Positions 12,243 to 22,977 of a stretch of DNA of 64,000 bases are shown piece by piece. The position numbers and the translations under genes were made by a program. Where the stretch lies: positions 28,396,001-28,460,000 of the forward strand of contig OX597838.1 of NCBI GenBank assembly GCA_951406725.2, given 5' to 3'. Position 1 is the first letter of the stretch; every line of letters begins with the position of its first letter. This DNA comes from Octopus vulgaris. Its lineage: Eukaryota. The notes under the pieces are model-generated. The model saw only the letters and a list, made by a program, of their open reading frames with translations. It ran no database searches and was not told the DNA's origin.

Positions 12243-12563
12243 AGAGAGAGAGGATTAAAGTAAACAAAAGTAATAAATGAGAGAAAAATGAGAGAGAAGG
12301 AAATGGTATGAAATTAGTAAAATTAATGCACAAACATTAATTAAGGCAAAAGAAATTAAGATTAACAAAAGCAGAAAGCCTTCTGCACATGCACATATGC
12401 ATACACTCATGCACACAAACACACACATACACGTGTACACACCCATTCATGTCCTTTGCATGCTGCTTCACAAATATATTCACAGTAACATTGAACACAA
12501 AATTATGAAATTTATGAAATATAAAAGCAGGAATACAAAATATTTCATTGAAAGTTATTCTAC

Positions 12564-12668
12564 CTGTTCCAATAATAAAGTTCTGTAACCATTTTTCTGT
12601 AGGTAGTGGGCTGTAGAGGAGCCATTTATACCAGCTCCAACAACTATAGCATCGTACATGGCAGCCAT
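12564..12668 (-). CDS. PIPOX: Peroxisomal sarcosine oxidase / L-pipecolate oxidase, first clearly coding exon (exon 12564-12680)
   Basis: Translates [35 protein letters not shown] with the FAD-binding GxGxxG motif; acceptor ttctaacAG at 12681-2, donor GTagaa, phase 0. Confidence 0.93.
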
Positions 12669-13395
12669 ATTTCTCTGACACTGTTAGAAAAGGTATTTAG
12701 GGTAAGAGCATTTATTGAAGTTTAATTTAATCAAGTGGCGTGTTTGCTTAGAAAGAAAGAAAAAAAAAAACAGAAATAAAGATTAGATTGATATCAAAAC
12801 TGAGGAAAGATTATCAAAGCATGTCTAATATAATTTAACACACATATTCTCTCTCACACACACACACATACATATATGCACACTCCTCACACACACATAC
12901 ATACATATATAGGCCAGTGGTTTTTGAGGTCTGAAGATATGCTGTAAGGGTAAAATCCTTATGAGGGAGAAACCCAGGGTAACCTCATAAACCGGTCTAC
13001 CCCACTTGAGAACTACACAACCAATTTCATTCAAATTTTACACATGCCTTACTTAGGGTCCGGGGGGTGTCATTGGTAAAAAAAATTTTGAACTCTTTGC
13101 CTTGGGTGAGCCCACAGCAATATCATATCTTCTCCACTCTGATTCCCTAAAACTTGAGAACTACACAATCAATCTCATTCAAATTTTACACATGCCTTAC
13201 TTAGGATCCATGTAATGTCATGGGCAAAAAAAATGTTTAACTTCTTGCATAGAGCGAGCCCACAGCAATATCATATCTTCTCCACTGTTTCAGTATTACG
13301 TGTTAAAAGTGAAACAAAAACATCTCTCTCTTTTTAATATGTCCATTGTATGTTTTATTACCCAAATTTTTAATTTAACAAATTTATACCAAACT

Positions 13396-13816
13396 AGCAG
13401 GAGTGGCTGTGTGGTAAGTAGCTTGCTAACCAGCCACATGGTTCCGGGTTTAGTCCCACTGCGTGGCACCTTGGGCAAGTGTCTTCTGCTATAGTCCCGG
13501 GCCGACCAATGCCTTGTGAGTGGATTTGGTAGACGGAAACTGAAAGAAGCCTGTCGTATATATGTAATATATATATGTATATATGTATGTGTGTGCGTGT
13601 TTGTGTGTCTGTGTTTGTCCCCCTAGCATTGCTTGACAACCGATGCTGGTGTGTTTACGTCCCCGTCACTTAGCGGTTCGGCAAAAGAGACCGATAGAAT
13701 AAGTACTGGGCTTACAAAGAATAAGTCCCGGGGTCGAGTTGCTCGACTAAAGGCAGTGCTCCAGCATGGCCGCAGTCAAATGACTGAAACAAGTAAAAGA
13801 GTAAAGAGTAAAGAGT
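13396..13816 (+). mobile_element. SINE family A
   Basis: Full length, repeated GTAAAGA tail. Confidence 0.9.
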
Positions 13817-13932
13817 AACACTATCACCTGGCAATAATAACGTAAGCATAGCCCGTAACGGCCTATCTCTTACCTCTTGATTTGTATGATGTATAAAGGA
13901 TAAAATCTCTTTATATATGTATATGTATTACT

Positions 13933-14343
13933 CTTTACGCTTTTACTTGTTTCAGTCATTTGACTGCGGCCATGCTGGGGCACCGCCTTTAATCGAGCAA
14001 CTCGACCCCGGAACTTATTCTTTTGTAAGCCCAGTACCTATTCTATCGGTCTCTTTTGCCGAACCACTAAGTAACGGGGACATAAACACACCAGCATCTG
14101 TTGTCAAGCAATGCTAGGGGGACAAACACAGACACACAAACACACACACGTATATATATATATATATACATACATATACACGACGGGCTTCTTTCAGTTT
14201 CCGTCTACCAAATCCACTCACAAGGCTTTGTTCGGCCCGAGGCTATAGTAGAAGACACTACCCAAGGTGCCACGCAGTGGACTGAACCCTGAACCATGTG
14301 GTTGGTAAACAAACTACTTACCACACAGCCACTCCTGCGCCTA
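13933..14343 (-). mobile_element. SINE family A, inverted partner of 13396-13816
   Basis: Full-length reverse-complement copy. Confidence 0.9.
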
Positions 14344-14384
14344 TTAGTAGATGTTTTTTTTTTTTTGCGAATGTATGTATATGC

Positions 14385-14935
14385 ATATACATGTATTTGT
14401 TACCTGTGTATATATATATATGTATGCAGAATAAGACTGAAGTTTCAATTTTGACTGTATGATATATGAATATAATGACATAATGTGTTGAATTAATGTG
14501 CTTGCATCTTTCATAGGCATCTGTCTATACATTATGTTATACTATATTGTATATGTGATATATAATATATTATATTATATTATACTATATTTTATGTGCT
14601 ATTTTTCCATCTACTATGTATATGCATGTGGATACTGTAACTTTATGTGTATGTATATTATTATATATACTTATTATATATGTTACCTGTGTATATATAT
14701 ATATGTATGCAGAATAAGACTGAAGTTTCATTTTTATATTTTTATAATTGTAATTGACGAGGCCTTGAACTGTATGATATATGAATATAATGACATAATG
14801 TGTTGAATTAATGTGCTTGCATCTTTCATAGGCATCTGTCTATACATTATGTTATACTATATTGTATATGTGATATATAATATATTATATTATATTATAC
14901 TATATTTTATGTGCTATTTTCCATCTACTATGTAT
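14385..14935. repeat. ~298-bp tandem duplication in AT-rich sequence
   Basis: 14398-14620 recurs at about 14683-14932. Confidence 0.85.
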
Positions 14936-15131
14936 TATGAATAGCAGAATACACACAATCTAATATTGGTATTATTAATAATAATAATAATATTAATAGT
15001 TTTGGTAATGTAATGAACTTTGAACTTTGTATATGTACCCATTGATGTGGATGTATATGTATACTCCAGTATATATATTTGATTATCTGTAACTTTATGT
15101 GTATGTATATTATTATAGGATATACTTATTA

Positions 15132-15188
<57 letters not shown>

Positions 15189-15256
15189 TCTTGTGTATGT
15201 GTATTTTGTTTCATATTTATATTTGCATTTTTATATTTTTATAATTGTACTTTATA

Positions 15257-15382
15257 ATCTCTGACGAGGCCTTGAGATATATATATAAGTAACTCATTTT
15301 TAACTGCATATTACCTCAATACATCTGATTAATATAGGCAGAATGAGATACCTTTATCTACAGGCTGAAACAGCTGTAAGAT
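15257..15382 (+). ncRNA. Type I hammerhead ribozyme motif with a long loop II
   Basis: ATCT-CTGACGA-GGCCT...AGGCT-GAAA-CAGCTG-TA-AGAT; palindromic stem III. Confidence 0.65.
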
Positions 15383-15729
15383 CCATTTTATGTGTATTAT
15401 TTTTATGGTATTATCTTACTTATTGATGTATAATGTTTTATTTAGTTGGATTTAGATGTTCCTATTTATGTAGTTGATAAATAATATGAATTGGTAATAT
15501 CTGTAAGTCAATGATTGAAATGAATCTGTTCCTCCATTTTCTTATTTATATTATGAATTTTAGGTAAAATATTTTACCTTCGCCCATCTAATACAATAAA
15601 CGAATTAATTGCATTGCAATTATAAGCATTTATGTATTTGCCTTTGAGTGCTTCATCACCTGTATATTGGATAACTGATATCCCATAGTGGGTTACACTC
15701 ATAACCCCTATCTCACATTGTACTTATAA

Positions 15730-15762
<33 letters not shown>

Positions 15763-16239
15763 TATATATATATATACACACACACAGTCGTCTCTCTTGC
15801 ACACTACATCTGATGCTTCTTGGGTCCAACTTTTCACTCAAGGTACTTACACTCTGTCGAGTATATATATGTATATATATATATATAGGCCCAATGCTCA
15901 AAAGTGGTTGAGTTCCTTTCAAGTGTTGGGCCTCACGGAGCCAATGACCAAGACCCTTGGCATTATGGCGTGCTTGAGAAGAAGGCCCATCAAGTCGGGC
16001 AAAATCACAGTTGTGACAGATAGGCAAATACTGGTGTCACACAAATGGCACCTGTGCTGGTGTCACATAAAAGCACCCGCTACACCCTTGGAGTGGTTGG
16101 CGTTAGGAAGGGCATCCAGCCATAGAAAACCATGCCAAATCAGACTGGAGTTTGGTGCAGCCTTATAGCTTGCCAGCCCCAGTCAAACCGACCAACCCAT
16201 GGACAATGGTCATTAAATGATGATGATATATATATATAT

Positions 16240-16520
16240 ATATATTTAAAGGGCTAAAAACCACTATGTGGTCAGCCGTATGCTAGAAGTAGATCACCTA
16301 CAATCAAACTACAAAGAAAAGAATGTTCTCTAGAGAAAAATTCAGCGGACACCAGACAAAATGCGGGCAAGACAGATGAAAATTATATAAAAAGCAAGAA
16401 TTAATCGCAGACCGGCTGGATTTTTCTCTAGAGAACATTCTTTTCTTTGTAGTTTGATCGTAGGTGATCTACTTCTAGCATATGGCTGACCACATGGTGG
16501 TTTTTAGCTCTTTAAATATA
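16240..16520. repeat. Foldback inverted repeat, ~108-bp arms
   Basis: 16240-16348 is the reverse complement of 16412-16520 with few mismatches. Confidence 0.9.
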
Positions 16521-16641
16521 CACATGTATCAGAATTTTCTCTGATTTTTCAGATTTTTGTATGCTAGGCTACTGGTTTTAAATTGATATTAATTAAATTA
16601 ATATTCAATTTATCTCCCTCATTATTTAAATGTTATATATA

Positions 16642-16772
16642 CAGGGTGACCCCAAAAACTGTATACACACCTTAAATAATTGTAAATTTGTTATTCTTTG
16701 TAAGCCTAGTACTTATTCTATCGTTCTCTTTTGCCGAACCACTATGTGTATACATTTTTTTGGGACACCCTG
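16642..16772. mobile_element. Tc1/mariner-like mini-MITE
   Basis: TA-CAGGGTGACCCCAAAAACTGTATACACA ... TGTGTATACATTTTTTTGGGACACCCTG-TA. Confidence 0.78.
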
Positions 16773-17632
16773 TATATATATATATATATATTTATACATG
16801 CATACACACATATCCAACATTGTCACATCAGCTTAAGAAGGACCAAAGGTTAATGTGTTTGACTTGATATGATAACATTGTACTGATGGAGCCTGCTCGC
16901 ACCACCACCACCACCACTACCACCACCATCACCACCACCACTACCACCACCATCACCACCAACACCGCCGCCGCCGCCATAATCAGTCGTCTGTACTCAC
17001 TATCATTTTGGTGTTTTACTGACTTATCTCTTTTCTTTGGTCTATGTTCCTTATCATCATCATCATCATCATCATCGTCGTCGTCATTGTTGTCGCCATC
17101 ATCACCATCATCATCATCACGTGTATGTGTATGTATATATGTGTGTGTGTGTATATATATATATATATTGAAGAAAGCAAAAAAATAAAATAAAGATGAT
17201 AGTGTTCAGTATGTTGGCGACAGGAATTTCTGTCAAAGAGACATGGTTAAATAAAGATGTACATCATCTCCCTCTTTCTCTCACATATCCACACACACTC
17301 TCTCACTCTCTCTCTTTCTTTCTTATTATTACTCACACTGCCACCATCAACACTACTACTTTTAATAAAACATCACCGGAAATTTCTTTGTCGCTCTGTC
17401 TGTCTGTCTGTCTCTCTTCACCAATTTCAGTAACTTCTCCCCTCCCTCCAATTGAGAAATATGAAATATCAACATTATCTAATTTGCATTCTTGAAAACG
17501 TTTTTCGGCAAAATGACATTGAAAAATGGTCATAATAAAGAGAATATGTAACGTAATAAAATCGGGAAAAGATGACTGATCCGAAACTGTTTAAAAGAAA
17601 CAATATTTTGTTTAATATTATCAACATAATAT

Positions 17633-18032
17633 AGGCGCAGGAGTGGCTGTGTGGTAAGTAGCTTGTTTACGAACCACATGGTTCTAGGTTCAGTCCCACT
17701 GCGTGGCATCTTGGGCAAGTGTCTTCTGCTATAGCCCCGGGCCGACCAATGCCTTGTGAGTGGATTTGGTAGACGGAAACTGAAAGAAGCCTGTCGTATA
17801 TATATATATATATATATGTGTGTGTATATGTGTTTGAGTGTGTGTTTGTCCCCCTAGCATTGCTTGACAACCGATGCTGGTGTGTTTACCTCCCCGTTAC
17901 TTAGCGGTTCGGCAAAAGAGACCGATAGAATAAGTACTGGGCTTACAAAGAATAAGTCCCGGGGTCGATTTGCTCGACTAAAGGCGGTGCTCCAGCATGG
18001 CCGCAGTCAAATGACTGAAACAAGTAAAAGAG
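17633..18032 (+). mobile_element. SINE family A
   Basis: Full length, close to the apparent consensus. Confidence 0.9.
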
Positions 18033-18067
18033 TATAATTGTAATATATACCCTCGAAAATATATCTC

Positions 18068-18826
18068 GGCAATCTTTCGTCTCTAGTAGACCTTTCCGTC
18101 GATTTCCGTAAAACTTTTTTCTATTTTTACATATGGACTTGCGGGAACTTCTTGAAGTAATGAGAGCGAAAGAGACTAAGAGAAAGCGATTTTATGACGA
18201 GGGAAGGTCTTTTTGAAGTCCCCGTGTGTGTGTTTGATGGGGTGTGGGAGACAGACAGTATGTTGTGTAAGTGAAGTGCTTCTGTTAGTGTGTGCGAAGA
18301 GACAGAGAGAGTAATGTGTGAAAGAAAGAGATAACTGAAATTTTTTACTCGGTGTATGTGTATATGTATGTCTGCATGTATGTGTGTGTGTGTATGTATC
18401 TATGTATGTGTGTGTATGTATGTGTGTATGTATGTATGTATGTATGGCCGATTCAGTGTTTACATTTTTTACGGAAATCGACGGAAACGTGTGCTACGAC
18501 AAACGAAACATCGCCCATCGCCCCATTTTATGACGAGAGAAGTTCTTTTGAAGTTACCGTGTATGGCAAGCATTGATGTACATGTGTGTGTGTGTGTGTT
18601 TGATGGGGTGTGGGAGACAGACAGTATGTTGTGTAAGTGAAGTGCTTCTGTAAGTGTGTGTGAAGAGACAGAGTAATGTGTGAAAGAAAGAGATAACTGA
18701 AATTTTTTATTCGGTGTATGTGTATATGTATGTATATTACTTCAAAAGTTCCCGCAAGCCCATATATATAAAAAAAATTTTTTTACAGAAATCGACGGTA
18801 AGGTCTACTAGAGGCGAAAGATCGCC
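18068..18826. mobile_element. Merlin-like MITE
   Basis: GG...CC ends, ~85-bp imperfect TIRs, perfect 8-bp TSD TATATCTC, internal ~180-bp direct repeat. Confidence 0.8.
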
Positions 18827-19141
18827 TATATCTCAGTAAAATTAATTTAAAAACAAGCATTTTGCGGAAAGTTTTTAAAAAACAAAGTCAGCGACGTTGG
18901 GGCACTAATCTGTAGATCTGCTCTCTTCTGTTTGTCGTATAGTCTATCAGAAGGATTACGTGTATTTAAGTGGGAGTTAGTTTATGAATCTTGGGAAAAT
19001 AGAAGGCAAAGTCAACCCTGGTGAATTTGAAGTGAGACGTAAAATCATGTAAGATCTAAACACCGATTATTACAATATTAAAATATCAAGATCGATAATA
19101 ATAGTATTTATATAAGTAATTATAAATGCTACCATCAAGAG

Positions 19142-19186
19142 TGACGCACGTGGAATACAAAACCGGATGTTAGAGACAGCTGATGA
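19142..19186 (+). promoter_or_regulatory. Distal element of U3 copy 1 (CRE-like, ETS AACCGGATGT, E-box CAGCTG)
   Basis: ETS and E-box recur about 235-270 bp upstream of every full-length copy (e.g. 21983-22005, 30358-30393 on minus) although the surrounding flanks of copies 1, 3 and 8 have diverged. Confidence 0.7.
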
Positions 19187-19356
19187 CTAGCATAAACATT
19201 TTATCGAAACTTGTATATATATATTAATTCTAAAGTATTTTGTCAATTTAAAGATACAAAACAATTAAAAATAAAATTATTAATAGAGATAAGTCTAGTA
19301 ACTTAGATTTACTTATAAGAATAATTGAATTACTTCTAAAAATATATTTTGCTTTA

Positions 19357-19390
19357 TCACTACATAGTTGTTAACAGCCACGTATATATC
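19357..19390 (+). promoter_or_regulatory. PSE-like plus TATA-like element of U3 copy 1
   Basis: TCACTACATAG...CAGCCACGTATATATC at about -58 to -25; recurs before copy 8 (CCACTACATAAG...CAGCCACGTATATATC) and as TCACTATAGG...CAGCTAC before copies 3, 4, 5 and 7. Confidence 0.7.
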
Positions 19391-19414
19391 TGTAAGAGAG
19401 CGATCGAAAATTTT

Positions 19415-19649
19415 AAGACCATGCTTTTAAGGATCATTTCTTAAGTATGTGTCGCAACGGTATCCGATTCCTTTGATCGGTCAACAACATCACGATGATG
19501 CGAGATCGTATTGAGTCCTGAGCGTGAAGCAGGATCTCCTATATCGTTCGTTACTCCGCCTTCAACGAACGTGAGGAATCCATTGAAGATCGTTCTTGAG
19601 AGGTTTAATAACTTCTTAAAGAGGGACTCGATACTTTCTGAGTGATGTT
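19415..19649 (+). ncRNA. U3: U3 snoRNA, copy 1
   Basis: 5' AAGACCATGCTTTTAAGGATCATTTCT (GAC, box A', box A), C' CGATGATG, B GAGCGTGAAGC, C TTGAAGATCG, D CTGA, terminal stem AACATCAC/GTGATGTT; collinear with vertebrate U3. Confidence 0.95.
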
Positions 19650-20095
19650 ATTTTTAACTAAATTAACAATAGATCATGTTTCCCATGTGACTACGGGCTT
19701 TGTAAATTTCGGCTCTGTCTCGACCCGAAACAAATAAAAGAATTTAAAGTGCCCAAGACGGAATTTGAACTCGGAACGTGGCGGCAGACGAAATTACGTT
19801 AAGCATTTCGCCCGGCGTGCTACGTTTCTTCTTTCTTTATTGCACACAAGGAGCTTAAACATAGAGGGGACAAGGGTATTTGGTCTATTATTTTTCCATA
19901 GCAGGGATTGTGGATTTCGGTTCTAGATATCTACGAAACGGATGAAAATATTAGCTTCGGTTGTTCGACTAAACCAGCGGCGACAAAAAAAAACAAAAAA
20001 ACATCACTAGAGTATTCTGATTTTTTAAATTCCCTGATAAAAAATGAAATTGGGAAAAAAAATCTTGTTGAGAACCTTTCAGTAAGGTATCCCTA

Positions 20096-20489
20096 GCAGG
20101 AGTGGCTGTGTGGTAAGTAGCTTGTTTACCAACCACATGCTTCCGGGTTCAGTCCCACTGCGTGGCGCATCTTGGGCAAGTGTCTTCCACTATAGCCTCG
20201 GGCCGACCAAAGTCTTGTGAGTGGATTTGGTAGACGGAAACTGAAAGAAGCCCGTCGTATATATGTATGTATATATATATATGCGTGTGTGTGTGTTTGT
20301 CCCCCCCCCCCAGCGTTGCTTGACAACCGATGCTGGTGTGTTTATGTACCCGTCACTTAGCGGTTCGGCAAAAGTGACCGATAGAATAAGTACTGTGCTT
20401 ACAAAAGAATAAGTCCTGGAGTCGAGTTGCTCGATTAAAGGCGGTGCTCCAGCATGGCCGCTGTCAAATGACTGAAACAAGTAAAAGAG
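20096..20489 (+). mobile_element. SINE family A, with a paralogous empty site at ~27095
   Basis: Flanked by AGCA; the same flanks are joined directly at 27091-27110. Confidence 0.9.
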
Positions 20490-20560
20490 AGCATATTGGC
20501 AATGAATTGCAATCCCCAAAAAGCATTAAGGGAGCTGAAGGATTAGAATTAATCAAAAGA

Positions 20561-20755
20561 CAACGGTATCCGATTCCATTGAGCGGATCAACAACATCAC
20601 GATGATGTGAGATTGTATTGAGTCCTGAGCGTGAAGCAGGATCTCCTGTATCGTTCGTTCCTCTCTTTTAACGAATGTGAGGGATCCATTGAGGATCGTT
20701 CTTGAGAGGTTTAATAACTTCTTAAAGAGGGACTCAATACTTTCTGAGTGATGTT
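20561..20755 (+). pseudogene. U3: 5'-truncated, diverged U3 copy (lacks promoter and boxes A'/A)
   Basis: Starts in the hinge (CAACGGTATCC), keeps C', B and D, box C reads TGAGGA, no T tract. Confidence 0.88.
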
Positions 20756-21199
20756 AATCCTCTTTACAAAAGTCCTTAAGTCCCCTGGAATTTTTTTTTT
20801 TTTACTAATGTCACTCGTTTGATTGTGCCCATGCTGCAACACCAGCCATCCTCCAATCTTCCAGGTTTTATTCGTCGAAGAAATCGATCCCAGGTTTTAT
20901 CTCACCTGAACCTTTTCCCGGAGGACTTATTCTTTGTAAGCCTAGTACTTATTCTATCGGTGTGTTTTGCCGAACCGCTAAGTTACGGGAACGTAAACAC
21001 AACAGCATCGGTTGTCAAGCGATGTTGGCGGGAGTGGAGGGGGGGACAATCACACACACACACATGAGCGAAAGAGATAATTAATAGAGAAATAGGGCGA
21101 ATGTAATTGAAATTCCTTAGATAACTATCAACTCCATAGTAAATAACGAATCAGCCAACACAGTAAGGGAAACAACTCAAGCAAAGTGTTGTCTCTCTC

Positions 21200-21592
21200 T
21201 CTATCCGCTCAGTCGAAGTCGACTCTCGGTTACTCAATGGATCAGTGTCCTCTAGTCAGTTCTATCCTGAGCCGCTTCTTTCAGATTGGCTATGTCCATT
21301 CCGGTATCACTCTTGATGGTGTCAAGCCAGCGGATTCTTGGTCGACCTCTTCCTCTCTTGCCACTGACCATTCCGAGCATGATGTCCTTCTCCTGGGATT
21401 TTCTCCGCATAATATGACCAAAATATGCCAATCTATGCTTGGTGATCCTAGCTTCTAGCGACATTTTCGGCCTGATCTGCTTAAGAACTTCTCCATTGGT
21501 GAGCCTCGCTGTCCATGGAATCCGTAAAAGTCTTCTCCAACACCAAAGCTCGAATGCATTAATTCTCTTCTGGTCAGCTTTCTTTAGTGTTG
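21200..21592 (-). mobile_element. RTE-clade LINE 3' fragment
   Basis: RLAYFGHIMRR...GMVSGKRGRGRPRIRWLD...AAQDR, typical of the RTE/BovB C-terminus. Confidence 0.9.
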
Positions 21593-22250
21593 TACTAAAT
21601 GATATTTCTGGAATCGTTTGTTCAGAATGACTCGTGACAACACTCTTGTCCGTCTCCCTTTCGCATTTACAATATCGGGAAACGTTGCGTATCTATGAAG
21701 ATGATTCCTTAATTGCCATTAGTTTATTTGACTAAATTTATGACGTAGGAGTGGTTTCAGAGAATTTGTTTAATTCTGCCGGAATATGAGTAAGACACTA
21801 TGTGCGTGCGTGTGTGTATGTGAAAGAGAGAGGGAAGGAGGACAACCACTTCAATTAAAGATATTTTAGTCGTCAATGGAGCCTCTAATCGGTCGCTAGA
21901 ATTGTTAGAAATAGCAGTTAAATCTCAATCAAGTCTCACACGGCTGTCAGCTCGTCATAAGTGATAACGCATGTCAAATACGAAACCGGATGTGGCAAAC
22001 AGCTGATGGCACTACTACATAATACAGAATATATATTTATACAATGCAGTATACGTATGTAAATCTAGAGTATTTTCTAAATTTCAATGGTCAGAACTAT
22101 TTATAATGGTGTTGGTGACCATAATACATGATAAGATCTAGATTTATTTAAGACAATAATTACTGAATTTGCTAAATGTATTCTGTGAAATCACTATAGG
22201 ATTGTAGCAGCTACGTACATATATATTTGTTGGGTAGCGTTTAAAAACTC

Positions 22251-22485
22251 AAGACCATCCTTTTAAGGATCATTTCTTAAGTATGTGTCGCAACGGTATC
22301 CGATTCCTTTGATCGGTCAACAACATCACGATGATGCGAGATCGTATTGAGTCCTGAGCGTGAAGCAGGATCTCCTGTATCGTTCGTTACTCCGCCTTCA
22401 ACGAACGTGAGGAATCCATTGAAGATCGTTCTTGAGAGGTTTAATAACTTCTTAAAGAGGGACTCGATACTTTCTGAGTGATGTT
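22251..22485 (+). ncRNA. U3: U3 snoRNA, copy 3 (box A' variant ATCCTT)
   Basis: 235 nt, near-identical to copy 1, followed by ATTTTC. Confidence 0.93.
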
Positions 22486-22608
22486 ATTTTCTACTAAATT
22501 AACAATAGATCATAACATACCACGGGGATTGTGGATTTCGGTTCTAGATGTAAATCTGCTGTTTCGAAACGGATGATATTAGCTTCTGTTTGTTCGACTA
22601 AAACCACT

Positions 22609-22977
22609 TGCTTTTGCTTGTTCCACTCATTTGACAGCGGCCATGCTGGAGCACCGCCTTTAGTCGAGCAACTCGACCCCGGACCTATTCTTTGTAAGCC
22701 CAGTACTTATTCTATCGGTCACTTTTGCCGAACCGCTACGTTACGGGGACATAAACACACCAGCATCTTTGGTCAAGCAATGCTAGGGGGACAAACACAC
22801 ACGCATATATTTATATATATATACGACGGGCTTCTTTCAGTTTCCATCTACCAAATCCACTCACGAGGCTTTGGTCGGCCCGAGGCTATAGTAGAAGACA
22901 CTTGCCCAAGGTGTCACGCAGTGGGGCTGAACCCGGAACCATGTGGTTGGTAAGCACACACAACCACTCCTGCGCCT
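22609..22977 (-). mobile_element. SINE family A inside the U3 repeat unit (also ~24552-24921 minus and ~29392-29771 plus)
   Basis: Same insertion point and shared diagnostic changes in three units. Confidence 0.9.

Noticed and set aside
19177-19220. CTGATGA...GAAA...GTA upstream of U3 copy 1 as a hammerhead
   Set aside because: No stem I or II pairing and not conserved in other copies; the CTGATG belongs to the E-box module
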